Assembly (NCBI RefSeq): GCF_006345805.1
Contig: NW_021824658.1
Span: forward strand, 1 to 36,638
Length of the DNA: 36,638 bases
From: Octopus sinensis
Lineage: Eukaryota
Direction of reading: 5' to 3'
The translations under genes were made by a program, and so were the position numbers. Every line of letters starts with the position of its first letter. Position 1 is the stretch's first letter. Shown one piece after another: positions 1 to 12,841 of this stretch. The notes under the pieces are model-generated. The model was not told where the DNA came from and searched no databases. It was given only the letters and a program-made list of their open reading frames with translations.

Positions 1-218
1 GAGTAAGAAGTAAGAAAAGCGATAAAAAATAATTTAGCTTTCTCCTATAACACAGGATATTTTTTAGGAATATCCGCCTGTAGCCAAAAATCTTGATAGA
101 ACTTTCATTTGAATGTTGGTTTCAATTCCCAATCATTTTTCAATACAATTAGTTCCAGTTGACAAGATTCGACGTTGTCGATATCTTGAAAAGGATCTAT
201 GATCCAGTCCGGAACTTC
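1..218 (-). mobile_element. hAT (Buster/SCAND3-ZBED-like) transposase remnant, C-terminal part
   Basis: Minus strand reads EVPDWIIDPFQDIDNVESCQLELIVLKNDWELK..YQDFWLQ. It joins RFKDLCEL at ~959-985 in frame once the 221-956 insertion and one TA are removed. Confidence 0.75.
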
Positions 219-220
219 TA

Positions 221-956
221 TACCTTTCCAAGTTCAATATGGGAATTTCCAAATTTAATATGGGATTTACAAGTTAATTTTAAAATATTTGAAAAAAATC
301 ATGCCTCATTTATATCAAACGAAAAAATTAAAATGTTACGATGCAGGCGAACGCACTCACCTGACACTTTTATTCCGTACTTATCTTGGATCTCTGCAGC
401 CAATTGTTTGCAAGTAATTTTCGGATTTGACTCGACCATTTCTTGCATATAATCTCGTACGATATTTGAAATTTTTGAATATCGAAAACCACCTCTTAAA
501 TCTTCCTTAAAGCCTTCTTTTATCCACCTGTATGCAGTTGTTCTTTTTATTCCGAGAGAACATGCAACTTGATTCCAATCCCCATCATTTTCGTAAACGG
601 TCAACAAATTTTTTCTTTTTCAGCTAATTCTTTCTTTTTATTAACGTACATTTTGTAATGTAAGGCGATTTTAAATTTATAAATGAATTCAATAACCGAC
701 TTGAAAATCCCACTTTGAACTTGGAAATCCCATATTAAATTTGGAAAATCCCACTTTGAACTTGGAAATCCCATATTGAATTTGGAAAATCCCACTTTGA
801 ACTTGGAAATCCCATATTGAATTTGGAAAATCCCACTTTGAACTTGGAAATCCCATATTGAATTTGGAAAATCCCACTTTGAACTTGGAAATCCCATATT
901 GAATTTGGAAAATCCCACTTTGAACTTGGAAATCCCATATTGAACTTGGAAAGGTA
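221..956 (-). mobile_element. Internally deleted Tc1/IS630-family DNA transposon inserted into the hAT transposase
   Basis: Perfect 24-bp terminal inverted repeats TACCTTTCCAAGTTCAATATGGGA (221-244 and 933-956), with TA target duplication at 219-220 and 957-958. ORF 299-607 encodes an HTH-type N-terminus (LGIKRTTAYRWIK...RGG...NPKITCKQLA); no DDE region remains. Confidence 0.85.
705..950. repeat. 41-bp tandem repeat x6 (two TIR-like 20/21-nt subunits), subterminal in the Tc1-like element
   Basis: Unit AAATCCCACTTTGAACTTGGAAATCCCATATTGAATTTGGA starts at 705, 746, 787, 828, 869 and 910. Confidence 0.95.
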
Positions 957-958
957 TA

Positions 959-1795
959 GTTCGCACAGATCTTTGAAACGCTGCTTCACATCATTTTCAT
1001 GAGTGATTAAATGTTCAACATAATTTTCGAGATGGCTGTTTACGCGGGAACTGTCATTCAATTCTCTGAGCCAAGAATTAATGGCTAGATTTTTTTTCAA
1101 AAAGACATTATTTACACTAAAAAATTTTTCGAGATCGTCTTCAGAAAGTAGATTTTTAAGATTGTCGAGACGTGAAAATTGGCTTTACTCCTTTCTACCA
1201 ATATTTCTACAAAACAAGGATAGCATTGAAATAAAAGCAGTAATGAGTGACTTTTCCTAAATTAAAATAATATGAGAAAAATTAACAAATACTTTTATTA
1301 AGTTATTATCGGCGAATTGTAGTTGTACGTTATGTACATTAAACTTAGCAAAAATGTCTGTCAAATAAGCAACATCATGTTTAATAGATTCTAGTTCTGG
1401 ACCAAGGTGAGAGTTCAAAGATTTGAGGAATTCAAATACAATGTCAAAAAGAGAGAATATACGTCCCAAACAGTCACCCTTTGATAGCTACCTTACTTCT
1501 GTGTGCATTGAAAGTCGTACAAAATCTTCATCATTATCGACTCAAAGCTGATAAAAAGGCGTGAATTCAGCGAGTTTGATTTAATTTTGTTAATAGAAAA
1601 AATAACTGTATTAAGAGAAAAATATAATCGAGCAGTTGTGTTTTTAGCAACTAAATGTGCCGATAGATCACACAATGAATAGTCAGTACAGTTGGTACGT
1701 GTTGTTTTAGGAACGCCATAAAACCACGATAGCAACCGATCATGGAAGATGCCCCATCAATTGCACAGGAAACTATATTCGTTATTGGAACCGAT
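959..1795 (-). mobile_element. hAT (Buster/SCAND3-like) transposase remnant, catalytic region, frameshifted
   Basis: Motifs SCAIDGASSM, TIHCVI, LVAKNTTARLYFSLNTVIFSINKIKSNSLNSRLF, (W)LSKGDCLGR, VAYLTDIFAKFN. Confidence 0.8.
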
Positions 1796-1935
1796 GACAT
1801 GAAGAATACGTATATTTTTCAAAATTACAAGTCAAAGTAAAGAATAATCTAAATTGGTTAGAAACTTTTTAACGTATATTTTATCCTTGGTCCAATCAAA
1901 TTTTTGATGACCTCCAAAACAAACTTTCTAGATTC

Positions 1936-2265
1936 AGCCAAACCTCTAAGTTTCGCCATTTTAGGACCGGCTAAATCCTGGCGAGATTTAGAATTTGACG
2001 AGCAATAGATATTTTACGGTTGTTCACAATTTGAATTATGATTAATTATTTAAAATTTTAAATTGTAAAAAAGTTAAGAATTAAATTGTTTACAAAAATT
2101 AATGAAAATAATCATCAATAGTTTTTTTTCAATAGGTTAGTTTCTGATCATATTGTTAATTACCTCAAGTGAATTTATATCAAAATTTTCATTTTGATAA
2201 TAAAAATTCTTTAATTTCTTAAACATTTTCAATGCTACTTCTGGATTAATATTGGTTGAACTGGT
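1936..2265 (-). mobile_element. pogo/Tigger-like element 3' part, split from 4560-5135 by the RTE LINE
   Basis: Tigger-type end CAGCCAAACCTCTAAGTTTCGCC at 1936; minus-strand tail INPEVALKMFKKLKNFY resembles Tigger C-termini. Confidence 0.5.
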
Positions 2266-4557
2266 GACGTGGTTTTTAAAACAAATGTCTTTTTCGCACG
2301 TTTTGAATAATGAGTTCACTTTGGCGTCATTCAATGTCCGAGGTTTAAAAGAAAAGCAGAAAAGGGAGGATTTGACACATGATTTAACATCATATAAGGT
2401 CACCATATGCAGCATACAGGAGACTAAAGTGAAGGATGCAGCTGAGGAGAATTACGGAGAGTATAGACTGCTAAACTCCGAATGTAACCACTACAGACTT
2501 GGCTTTGTTATACATCGTTGTCTTGATGGGGAGTCCACAGAGTGTGGAGGGTTAATGACAGAATAGCAATACTTCAGATAAAAAGTGGGAAGTCGGATAA
2601 GTCCTTTATATCCATAATTAACGTCTACTCTCCTACAATGGCAAGGGTTTCCACAAACCCCGACGAACTTGATTTTTTTACATGTCACTGATAGAAACTA
2701 TCTCTGACCTCAAAGCCTCTTTTATGACTTTCATATGTGGAGATTGGAATGCGAAAGTGGGTCATTGTCTATGGAGAGAACCCTGTATGGGCAGGCATGC
2801 CAGAGGAAGAAGAAATATGTCAGGGGAGTTCTGCTACTTGTTAGATTATTTCATTTGTAATTCGGCTTTCAAACACAAAGCGAGACATAAAACTACGTGG
2901 ACTGGTGATCAGAAAGGATGGAAATTATGTGAAAAAAAATTTTCGTGCTGTTCGCCTTTTGCAGAAAAGAGTGCAACCTAAGAATATTTGTATTCATGAC
3001 AGTCAAGGAAGAAATGTATTGGATAATAAAGAAAAAACTGGGATTATTGCCAAATACTTTTCAGGCCATTTAAACAAGAATGATACCTCGACCTTTGAAC
3101 CGTTTGACAAATCACCAAGAAGTCTGAACTTACCTATATCTACAAAGGAGACTGACTTGGCAATTAAAAAAGTAAACAAAAACAGGGCACCTGGACCTGA
3201 CAAAATACATGGAGAAATGATCAAGTATGCACGAAGCGAATTGACAGCCATCATCACGAACATTTTCAAAATGGTATTTGAGACACATTCACTTTTGAAA
3301 CTTGGGGATCGAATTTTAATTCCTTTACATAAACCAGGAAAGAGCAAGGGTCCGCTAAAAAATCTAAGACCAGTGATACTACTGAAGACGCTGAGAAAAA
3401 TTCTATCTCTGATAACTCTTAATCGGATATCTTTTGATGTTTGCGATTTTCTGTCGCCAGGACAGAGTGGATTCAGAAGGGGTCGCTCGACTGCAGATGC
3501 TGTCTGGTCTCATAGATGGATATGTGCTATGTGTCAACGATACAAAAATGACTTTAAAATTCTGGGAGTGGACATGTCCAGTGCGTTTGACAATGTTAAT
3601 AGTAAATCTTTGTTGGACGTTATTTGGAGTTTTCTTGATGAAGACTAGGATCGTCCTTTTCCTACTTTCTGATACCGAACTAACTGTACGGGTTGGAAAC
3701 GAGTTATCAAATCCTTTCGGGACAACAATTGGAACACCTCAGGGGGACTCTCTATCTCCGATTCTATTCATAGTATACCTGGAGACAGCACTGAGAGATC
3801 TCAGAACAAAGTGCGAATAATCGATGCCCATGGAAATTATATATGCAGACGACATAGATTTGTGTCAGAAAATTATCATGAACTTGCATCTGTTTTTGAG
3901 AAAATTCCGGACGAATTTAAGAGACGGTGTTTACACGTTAATCAAGAAAAGACTGAACACGTAAGAATTGCAAGGGAATCGAAATATATTGATGAAAGTT
4001 GGAGAAAAAAAGGAAATTGGGATCATACTTGGTGATAGTGAGGACATGATGCACCGGAGAGTTTTAGCCTTTGCAATATATAAAAAATGAAAAAGATATA
4101 GAATCATCAAAAACTTCAAAAAACAAACCTCAAGCTAAAGCTGTACAACGCATATATAAAACCAGTACTCTTGTAAAACTCGGGTACCTTGGGTGTCATA
4201 GAGGCAGAGTTACATAAAATGGAAACGTTTCACAGAAAACAACTACGCAATCTACTATGTTTAGGTTTGGCCAAAAAAGATTCCTAGCAGAAAATTATAC
4301 GCGTTTCTAGGATGCATGTAAACACACCAGCAAACATGATAATGGATAATTACTTTAACAATAGCAACAAAAGACTCTTCAGAGGAAAGCCCAGGGTCAC
4401 TCTCCCTGTTGCACTAAAGAAGGATCTCAACGGAATTGAAAGAAAACTTGGATGTGCTGACGACCTTGAAGACCTACGAGTATATGCTCAAAGCAGACCC
4501 CGATGGAGACGCCTGGTAAACAAGATTTCTGAACGTGCGGCAGAAACGGGACCTTAG
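2265..4557 (+). mobile_element. RTE-clade non-LTR retrotransposon (AP endonuclease + RT), degenerate
   Basis: APE motifs LASFNVRGL, IQETK, GDWNAKVG. RT motifs RAPGPD, QSGFRRGRST, VDMSSAFD, GTPQGDSLSPILF, YADD (~3840). RTE-like tail RGKPRVT...AQSRPRWRRLV. Multiple frameshifts and stops. Confidence 0.9.
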
Positions 4558-4559
4558 CT

Positions 4560-5135
4560 AATTTAACATTTCTTTGGTTATGTGTAAGTGCTATTAATAA
4601 TAATAATCCATTTGCCATGTCTGAAACAATTCGCAATTGTTTGTTGAGCAACATTGTTCTATCCAAAATGCGTAAACAGAAGGCCGTCTGTTAAATTCAG
4701 CTTTTTATGTGAATCGATAGGATCAGTTTTCCATTGCCAATTTTGTCTAACATCGCCTCAAATTTAAATTTGTTAAAGTTTGCTTTAAATGAGCGTATGA
4801 TTCCCTGATCTATAAATTGTAAAAGTGTGGTTGTTTGTCAAGAATTCTTGTAATTTTGTGCAAATTACTAAAATAAAAGAATTGACTTCGTCTTAAAGTT
4901 TACGTCAGTCATATAAGACTTTCCATGAAAAATTCTTAACTTAATGTTATTCCGTTTTTTGAATTTAGAAATCCAGCCATTGCTAGCCTTGAAATCAGTA
5001 ATTCCATGTAAATCGGCGACTTTTTATGCTTTCAAAAAATAGAATTATCGTCCAAGAATTCTCCACAAATTTCGATGTGTTCCATCCATGTCATAATCCG
5101 AAAAATTCAAATCGACTTTTCCTTCGGATTTCGGA
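4560..5135 (-). mobile_element. pogo/Tigger-like transposase remnant
   Basis: Minus strand DFKASNGWISKFKKRNNIKLRIFHG (CENP-B HTH), TTLLQFIDQGIIRSFKANF, IANCFRH. Confidence 0.8.
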
Positions 5136-5339
5136 TTATATCCCTAGGACCGCGCAAAAACGATTTTCCAAACAAGAATGGTCTCTGAGTGTAATTTGAA
5201 AAAAATTCTTAGTTATAAAAAAAACTCTGGATAGTACATCTATTTCTGAATATAGGCTATGAATACAGTTAACTCTCGTTAATTCAAAAAATTCAAAGCG
5301 ACTTTCCTTTTGGATTATGAAAGAATCTAAAATTTATAT

Positions 5340-6388
5340 TCTGAGATCGTTTTCAGAACTAAGAGAGTTTCTGTTTTTATTTTTATATATATTAGAGATG
5401 AAAATCCAGATTCACATAGCTAAGTTGTTACAAATGGTATCAGAACTTCCAGTGCTTTCTTTGAAAGTTTCGAGAATCCTGCTTACAAAACGCACCAAAA
5501 AACCTCCAAAAAATTTGAGTCGTACAACATTTTCAGTGCTTTAGATGCTTGCAATTCAATCAAACCGTATTTAACATTGTTTCTATCATCCATCTTTTCC
5601 ACTTTGAAAGCAAATGGATTAACGATCCAGGTAAAATTCACAATTTTGACGCATGAATTTAAACAAGAGATTTTCAACTTAATAGGCAAGGACTTTGATA
5701 CGAGTGCATGTCGACGAAGAATACAGTGAGTAACTTTTACATCTGGAACATGTTTTCTTAAAAGGGCTGGAAAGCCCGACCTGTCCCCAAGCATAACTGA
5801 AACACCGTCTGTGCAAACTGATCCGATAATTTCCAATGGAATATCATGTTCATTAAAAAAATTCTCAAGTATATGAAAAACATTTTTTGCAGAGGCTTCT
5901 TTTTCGAGAAATTTACAAAAAAAACTCTTCGGTAATTAAATTTTTTTGCGCATAACGAACAAAAGGAAATAGTTGACTGTAATTATCAACATCAGTGAAC
6001 TCATCCAACTGGATTGAAATTTGGATGGAAGAATTCTTTATGTCCAAAACAATTTGATTAAGAATATCATCACAGATACAAATAATTCTATCCCAGATGA
6101 AATTATTTGACAAAGGAATCTGCTGCAATTTTCGTGAAGTGTCCGGACCCAGAACTGTGATTACCATAGTTAACATAGTCTTCATTACATTTTTGAATTC
6201 TGACACACGTTGACATAAAAACCATGAGTTTTCAAAAATATATTTTAAAAAATATAAATGTACTTAAATTTTCTTGCTATATATTTTATTTGTAAATCAT
6301 TTAAATATATGTAAAAGTAATTATGATTTTTAAAATCGTTCCAGGCACTTCCTAAAAAATTTCATGCACCCCCAATCAAGAAGCACTG
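5340..6388 (-). mobile_element. hAT (Buster/ZBED5-8-like) element, deleted copy
   Basis: GSVCTDG..MLG, THCILRRHAL, IQLDEFTDV motifs. Terminus CAGTGCTTCTTGATTGGGGGTG ends at 6388 next to the Buster-type site CTCTAGAC. Confidence 0.85.
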
Positions 6389-6746
6389 CTCTAGACAAAC
6401 TAAATTATTTAATAAAATTTATTAGAAGTCTTTAATCATAAATTTGGGTTTTGCGGTTGCAATCTGAAGTTCTTACCTAAAAATTTGAGTTTTGGATTGA
6501 CATTTAAAGTTATTAATTGTAAATTTGAAGTTCATAATATACAAATTGAATTGAAAATGGTATAAACAGTCACTTTGGTTTATGTTGGGAGATTTTATTT
6601 TGTTTATACAAGTTTATCAAAAATATTTGAATTAACTATAAGAATCTTATCAACTGGGGATTCATCTTTTATTTTCTATAATTTTTAATATATTTTTGAG
6701 TTGGTTAACCTAAACTAGAACTCAATAAAAGGTGAATTAATTATTA

Positions 6747-7278
6747 ATGTTCCAATTCTTGTCGACATTATTATTTTTTGGTCACTTTGCCGAAATAAAA
6801 AGCTCCCATCATGGTATATTTGACTACAACCTGAATAATTAGGGCATCATGACATTTGTAATAAACTCTACTGGCTGGAAAAAATAAAGTTTCTGTGTGT
6901 GCTAATTTTTTTAGACAGGGAATATAATTGAATTAAATTATGACAATTTCGAAAAAAGAGTTGTAAATGGAAGTGTCCGTTGGCTTATCTTGTTCTGTAA
7001 AGAGAAATCAATTGAATGTAAAACGTTAAAAGAACTTTATTCCGGATTCTCTCATATATTGAAAGGCAAGTTCCGTGCGGGGATAGTCTATACTTCCAGT
7101 AATCCCGAATATTTCAGCAAATTTAATGTTGCCTCACTTTTATATTTATTAGGTAAATCACATGCCATCTTTGGTAGTGTTTAGTCAAAACGGCACTAAA
7201 TCTCGCGAATTCCGGCCGAAAGTAAATCCCAAAATATTTCTCTCGTTGCTAAAATTAATTCTGAAAGTCGCGCTTTAA
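6747..7278 (+). CDS. Signal-peptide thioredoxin-fold (PDI-like single domain, SxxC) protein, paralogue 1; one base missing in exon 2 (error or pseudogene)
   Basis: Exons 6747-6813, 6843-6888, 6915-7127, 7153-7278; introns 29/26/25 nt. Reads MFQFLSTLLFFGHFAEIKS...IIELNYDNFEKRVVNGSVRWLILFCKEKSIECKTL...LKGKFRAGIV...FNVNHMPSLVVF, matching the PDI pattern IEL..F...V.....W...F....C..L....GK...V...P. Exon 2 is 46 nt versus 47 nt in paralogue 2. Confidence 0.7.
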
Positions 7279-7494
7279 AAAGCACTTCTAACATATTTAC
7301 TAATTATCTCGATATCTTTCCTCAATAAAAAAGTCTTTTACTATTTTTGCAACAAAGTACATTTAAAAAATCGTTTAATTATTTAAAGGTGTGTTAGTTT
7401 TTAGAGTGAGGTAACATAATCAACATAGACATTAAGTAGTCTGTCGAGATCGTCAACCTTCCCATCAACACCACCCTCTCTTATTTATGTTTTA

Positions 7495-7880
7495 AATCTC
7501 CATTTCATGTATTATGAGTGCCAAGGTAGAGGATTTGTACAGTAAGACTGTTTTAATGAACATATTGTATACTTTGATATTCAAAAAGTAGGAATTTAAT
7601 TACCTTGTAACTATACGTTGTTTAGTCTTTTAAGAGCGAAAGGTGCTAGTGCTTTTCTTCCTAGTATGCTTTTCTGTATTTCCTAAAAGAGTGCCAAGTT
7701 TCTTTGTATGTTTCCATTTTTCCTCGTGTCGTTGTTTGCATTGCCTAACTATTGTATATTCTGTTTTCGTAGGGTTAATTTTTAAAAATCTTTTTCAAAT
7801 GTGTTGACCAATTTATTGTCTATTTCGTGATCTGTTGTCATGATCTATTATTCATGTTTGTTTTATCTTGACTCTGTTGA
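7495..7880 (-). mobile_element. RTE-like LINE fragment (post-RT region)
   Basis: LKINPTKTEY...KWKHTKKLGTLLG...KVYNMFIKTVLLY, parallel to 3930-4200 of the RTE element. Confidence 0.65.
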
Positions 7881-7887
7881 TTGAGTC

Positions 7888-8800
7888 ATTATTATTATTA
7901 TTTAAGCCAAACAAAATCACCGTCTTAACCATTAACTAACACGTTCAGGTGATTCCGAACTTCTCAACAGTCGATCCATCTTTTCACGATGTTCCGACCG
8001 TGACCCCACACACTTTCTGTATGTACGGTGAATGGTTTGTGCCCCATTTCTACGATCCCCCCCATTTGCCTCTACGAGAGACTCCAGTGTTCTATGGACA
8101 ATTTCCCTATCGGTATGGTCCTTCAGTAGGTTAAAGATCTTTCTTGAATTTTTTCGATTTTTAGCCGGTTCGTTGCCGCCAGGTTACAGCCCCAAGCAGC
8201 ACATGCATAGCCTATTGTTGGCTCGATATACTGCTTGTAAAGGGTCTCTACCCCTGGCGGATAAGTTCTCCCACAGTTCCAAAGGAAGGTTTTTACAAAA
8301 TTGATCTTCTTTATAAAGGTTGATACAATCGATTCTACGTGAGAAAACCCTGGGGTACACCATTGGGCAATAAGCGTGATCTTGAACTCTCGTTTCCGAC
8401 GCACACTTTCCCACGACGTCCGCTCAAAAAATTCGCTATCCATAGCTTCATAGGTGTAGAAATATTTGTATCAAATATCTTTTGAATTAGGATCTTCCTT
8501 GGGACGGAGTCAAACGCTTTTTCAATGTCGATAGTGCATACAATCGATTTCTCCTGCAATTTCTTCTTTTTGTGTCCTTCATTTATGAAATCTGTTAGTG
8601 TGGTAAGGAAGGAGGTCGTTGACAATCCTTCCTTGAATCCATGTTGGAATGTAGATTGTGGGAGGAAAGGGCGAATATGTTTAGATTGTGAATGTAGATT
8701 GTGGGAGTCATATACTTTAGATAGGTCGATTCCCATTATTTGATACTCCTCTTTATATTTTTGACATAAGCACAAATCCATTTGTGGCTCCAAACGGCAT
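7888..8800 (-). mobile_element. Jockey/I-superfamily LINE fragment, internally deleted, with (TAA)n tail
   Basis: QHGFKEGLSTT, IDIEKAFDSV, WIANFLSGR, NGVPQG, LYKQYIEPTIGYACAAW, IEKIQERSL; (TAA)n on the minus strand at ~7888-7903. Confidence 0.8.
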
Positions 8801-8964
8801 TGGACGCTGATCTTCTAAAAACAAATTCACTTTGGCTAGCTCAAACATATCTATGTGGTGGGGCTTTTATTCCTTCTAGGGCAAATAGCGACAAGATTTT
8901 GAGCAAAGATTAACAAAAAATAAAACTTGTTATATAGTTTTATTTTAATTATTAATTATAAAAT

Positions 8965-9290
8965 ATGGTTCTAGTGGAATTTACACATGAAACAATTGAA
9001 AAAATTTATACATAATTGGATCTTCCGATTATTCTACATACCGATAATGGAAAGGAATTTAAAAATTCCCATATGGAACAACTTTGAAAAAGATACTACA
9101 TTTCTCATGTTTCTGGACGGCCACGAGTTCCATGGATACAAGGACAAGTCCAACGGTATTTTTTGTTGTTTAATTCAGATAGATTTAATCAGTCAATAAA
9201 AAGATTAGTCTTATCTTTGATGCATCGAGAGGATGTTATATCCGTTTAAATATGCTATTCACGATACCACAAAGCAAAGACTATTTAATT
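8965..9290 (+). mobile_element. Ginger/KRBA2-type integrase (rve) remnant with a candidate 27-nt intron
   Basis: LHTDNGKEFKNS...SGRPRVPWIQGQVQR|FNQSIKRL after removing GT-AG 9156-9182; internal stop present. Confidence 0.65.
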
Positions 9291-9582
9291 TTTTTCAATG
9301 TGGTTCTTTTTAAAAATATGAAACCACAAAAGCAGAATTTCACCGACGGATAGATTCGAAAAAATGACTAGTTCTTTTATAAAGTTTAATTCTTTGTAAA
9401 ATCATGTTTTGGATTCGTTGCTAAATTATGTTAGACTTATTGCAAAGTGTTATTTGTGTTAAAAATTAAATTTTTTTATGCTGACTTGAGTTTATTAAAA
9501 ATTAGATAATTTAAAACATTTGGTACAATAAATTTCATTTAAAACAAATTATTTCAAATTTATTGTTTGTTGTTATTATCAA

Positions 9583-10080
9583 ATGGATCCCACTAAACAA
9601 AATATTTTTCCAGACAAAGAAAAGGAAATCTTACCAAATCTCGAAAATATATCAAAGATTGAAATACCGAAACCTGACATTAACTTAACTGATTTGAATA
9701 ATCCAAATTTTATACCTAATCTCACAAACATAGCCCCACTTTCCCGAGATGACTTTACTCAATTCGGCATCCCTCCAGGGTTAAAAATAATTGGCGATGA
9801 TCCAAAATATATGTAATCTGTTCTTATTCGTAATTTCAGATATCCCGGAAAAATTGACAGCTTTACCGATATTATTCCCGACTTACATTTGGATAAATCT
9901 AATATTTTAGATCCTAAAGATATAATTCTTCCAGGAACAAGAATAGAACCTCGATTTCCTGGTGATCCAAACTTTAAGGAGTTTATTTTTGTTTTGTTTA
10001 TCTATTCTAGACCCGAAGACATTTCCAAGTTTGGACGTCAAGGGCCTTTTCCAGGCCCTGGTACGAATTTTTTTCAATAA
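9583..10080 (+). CDS. 146-aa proline-rich protein, tentatively PI31/PSMF1-like (C-terminal region only)
   Basis: Exons 9583-9812, 9840-9980, 10011-10080; introns 27/30 nt; open frame. PLSRDDFTQFG and LPGTRIEPRFPG resemble PI31 G..DLDPFG and PPGARFDPFGP; ends in FFQ. The gene model is firmer than the family call. Confidence 0.55.
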
Positions 10081-11141
10081 TCAATTTATGATTTTTGTCA
10101 TGATTTTCAACGAATTATAATAACGAATAATTTTGTTAATTATTTTATTTAAAATCATAAGTTATGAAAAACTGGTAATCAACTGAGTACAAACCGATTA
10201 TTCGATAAAATATTAATTATTTCTGCAGCTTAATAATACGGAGACTAAAACTTATTTTGAAAATCCTTTTCGGATTTCACACTCTTCAAAGACAGAGCGA
10301 AGATTTGGAGCTAGAGAAGAGTATGATCACCGTCCATTTTTGTCTTTGAAAAATAAAGTGTGTCAGGCTTTTCTTCATTAGGTGGAATGCTGCTCATATT
10401 TAGATTAAATATAACTTTTTAAATTTAAATTGAAAGTTAAAATAAAATGGAGATAGTACCTCCAAATTCATGTAAATGTTATATTTCTCAGCCGGTATCA
10501 TTAGATAAAACTACACTTCCATGATGTTCTCGTAATATAAGAATTTTCTAGGTTATGTATTTATTTTTATTTTAATGCTTAGTAGTTTTTTAATGTAAAT
10601 GATTTTAGCCTTAATAATGTGAGTTATATGCTTTTTCAACAATACTTTTTCATTCTTTCTTAAACCCTAAACTTTACCCAGTTTCCCTTCTAAAATTTGT
10701 TCAGTGATATGAAACTAATTTTTGCATCTGTGATGTCAGTTATATTTACATTTGTCGAGCTAATATACAATGCAAAAATTGATATTATATTTTCTTGGAA
10801 TAGACTTGTGACTTACAGTTTATGGAAAATATCACATCATTAAACATAAATGAGAGAACATGTAGATACATCCAGTCGTTGACTATGATAAATACCTTAT
10901 AAAATATGATTTTCTCTTTTAAAAACTAAATTGAGCCATGACAAAAGAATATTGAGCCGGATAATACAATAATGATATTTACCGCCAACTTGACACAATT
11001 GTTTTAATGCCGTTCCATTTGATAAGTCAATAGCAAAAATACGGACCTGCCGGCATGAAATTGTCCATAAAAATTTTGATGCACGGGATAAAATATTGAA
11101 AAAGAAAAAAGAATGCGCAGATGCGAAAAAAGTTTTGTTAA

Positions 11142-12072
<931 letters not shown>

Positions 12073-12656
12073 TACATTATGCGGTTTTCGAATATTCTAA
12101 AATCTGATTAAAATTTCATTTACAAGTGGTTTGATCAAATAGATTATAATAGTTATTCAGTTTCCGTTTTCGTTATTTGTAGTGCTTTATTACATCAACC
12201 TCAACCTCTTAGGGCCCACGTTCAGTGCATTCGTCGAGCAAGCTTTCATAGTCAATCATTATGGCTCTGAAAAAAAACTTGATTAACATGTTCCGACGGA
12301 ACAGACAAACTTCTTTACCGCAGGAATCCACAATCCTATGCCGAGATTCTATTTTGAACTATTATTATTTGTCATATATTATTTTTTATATTGAAAACTT
12401 CAAAAATATTTGATATTTAAATCAGAATTAAATTTTTCTTCATTACAGATTTGACAGATAGCTAGACAACCAAACCAACTCGGGAAAATTACAATACGAA
12501 CTGTTCACCAGCTTTATCTTCAATACTTTAATTATCTTATCATTTGATTTGATTAATATATTTATTTTTTATCAATACAACAAAATTTATCTAGGAAGAC
12601 TTTAGATAAGAACAAGAGTTCGTCTCTACAATGCATTCATACTCTTCTACAATATA

Positions 12657-12841
12657 CAGTAGCGTGCAAATGTTCCGGACCACCCAATTATTTTTCAATT
12701 CTATATATATTTGTCAGCTACGGCTTGACTTTCAGTGTCAACTACGTGGAGTTAATTATTAATTATTTTTTATTAAGATATTTTAATTGAATAAAGTGGT
12801 TTTTTTGATGCTGTTAATCACTGGTCCGGAACATATGCACG
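12657..12841. mobile_element. Tc1-type MITE remnant (~185 bp)
   Basis: TA|CAGT start. Inverted repeat CGTGCAAATGTTCCGGACCA (12663-12682) versus TGGTCCGGAACATATGCACG (12822-12841), 19/20 match; outer right end missing. Confidence 0.6.

Larger units (their letters stand above)
5138..7490 (+). repeat. Segmental duplication copy 1 (direct repeat of 13725-16828)
   Basis: Colinear from ATATCCCTAGGACCGCG to CCCTCTCTTATTTATGTT. Copy 1 lacks about 13923-14334 and 15153-15468 of copy 2. Confidence 0.95.

Noticed and set aside
601-1100. Repetitive ORFs (SKFNMGFPSSKWDF...) in three frames
   Set aside because: Translation artefacts of the 41-bp tandem repeat.
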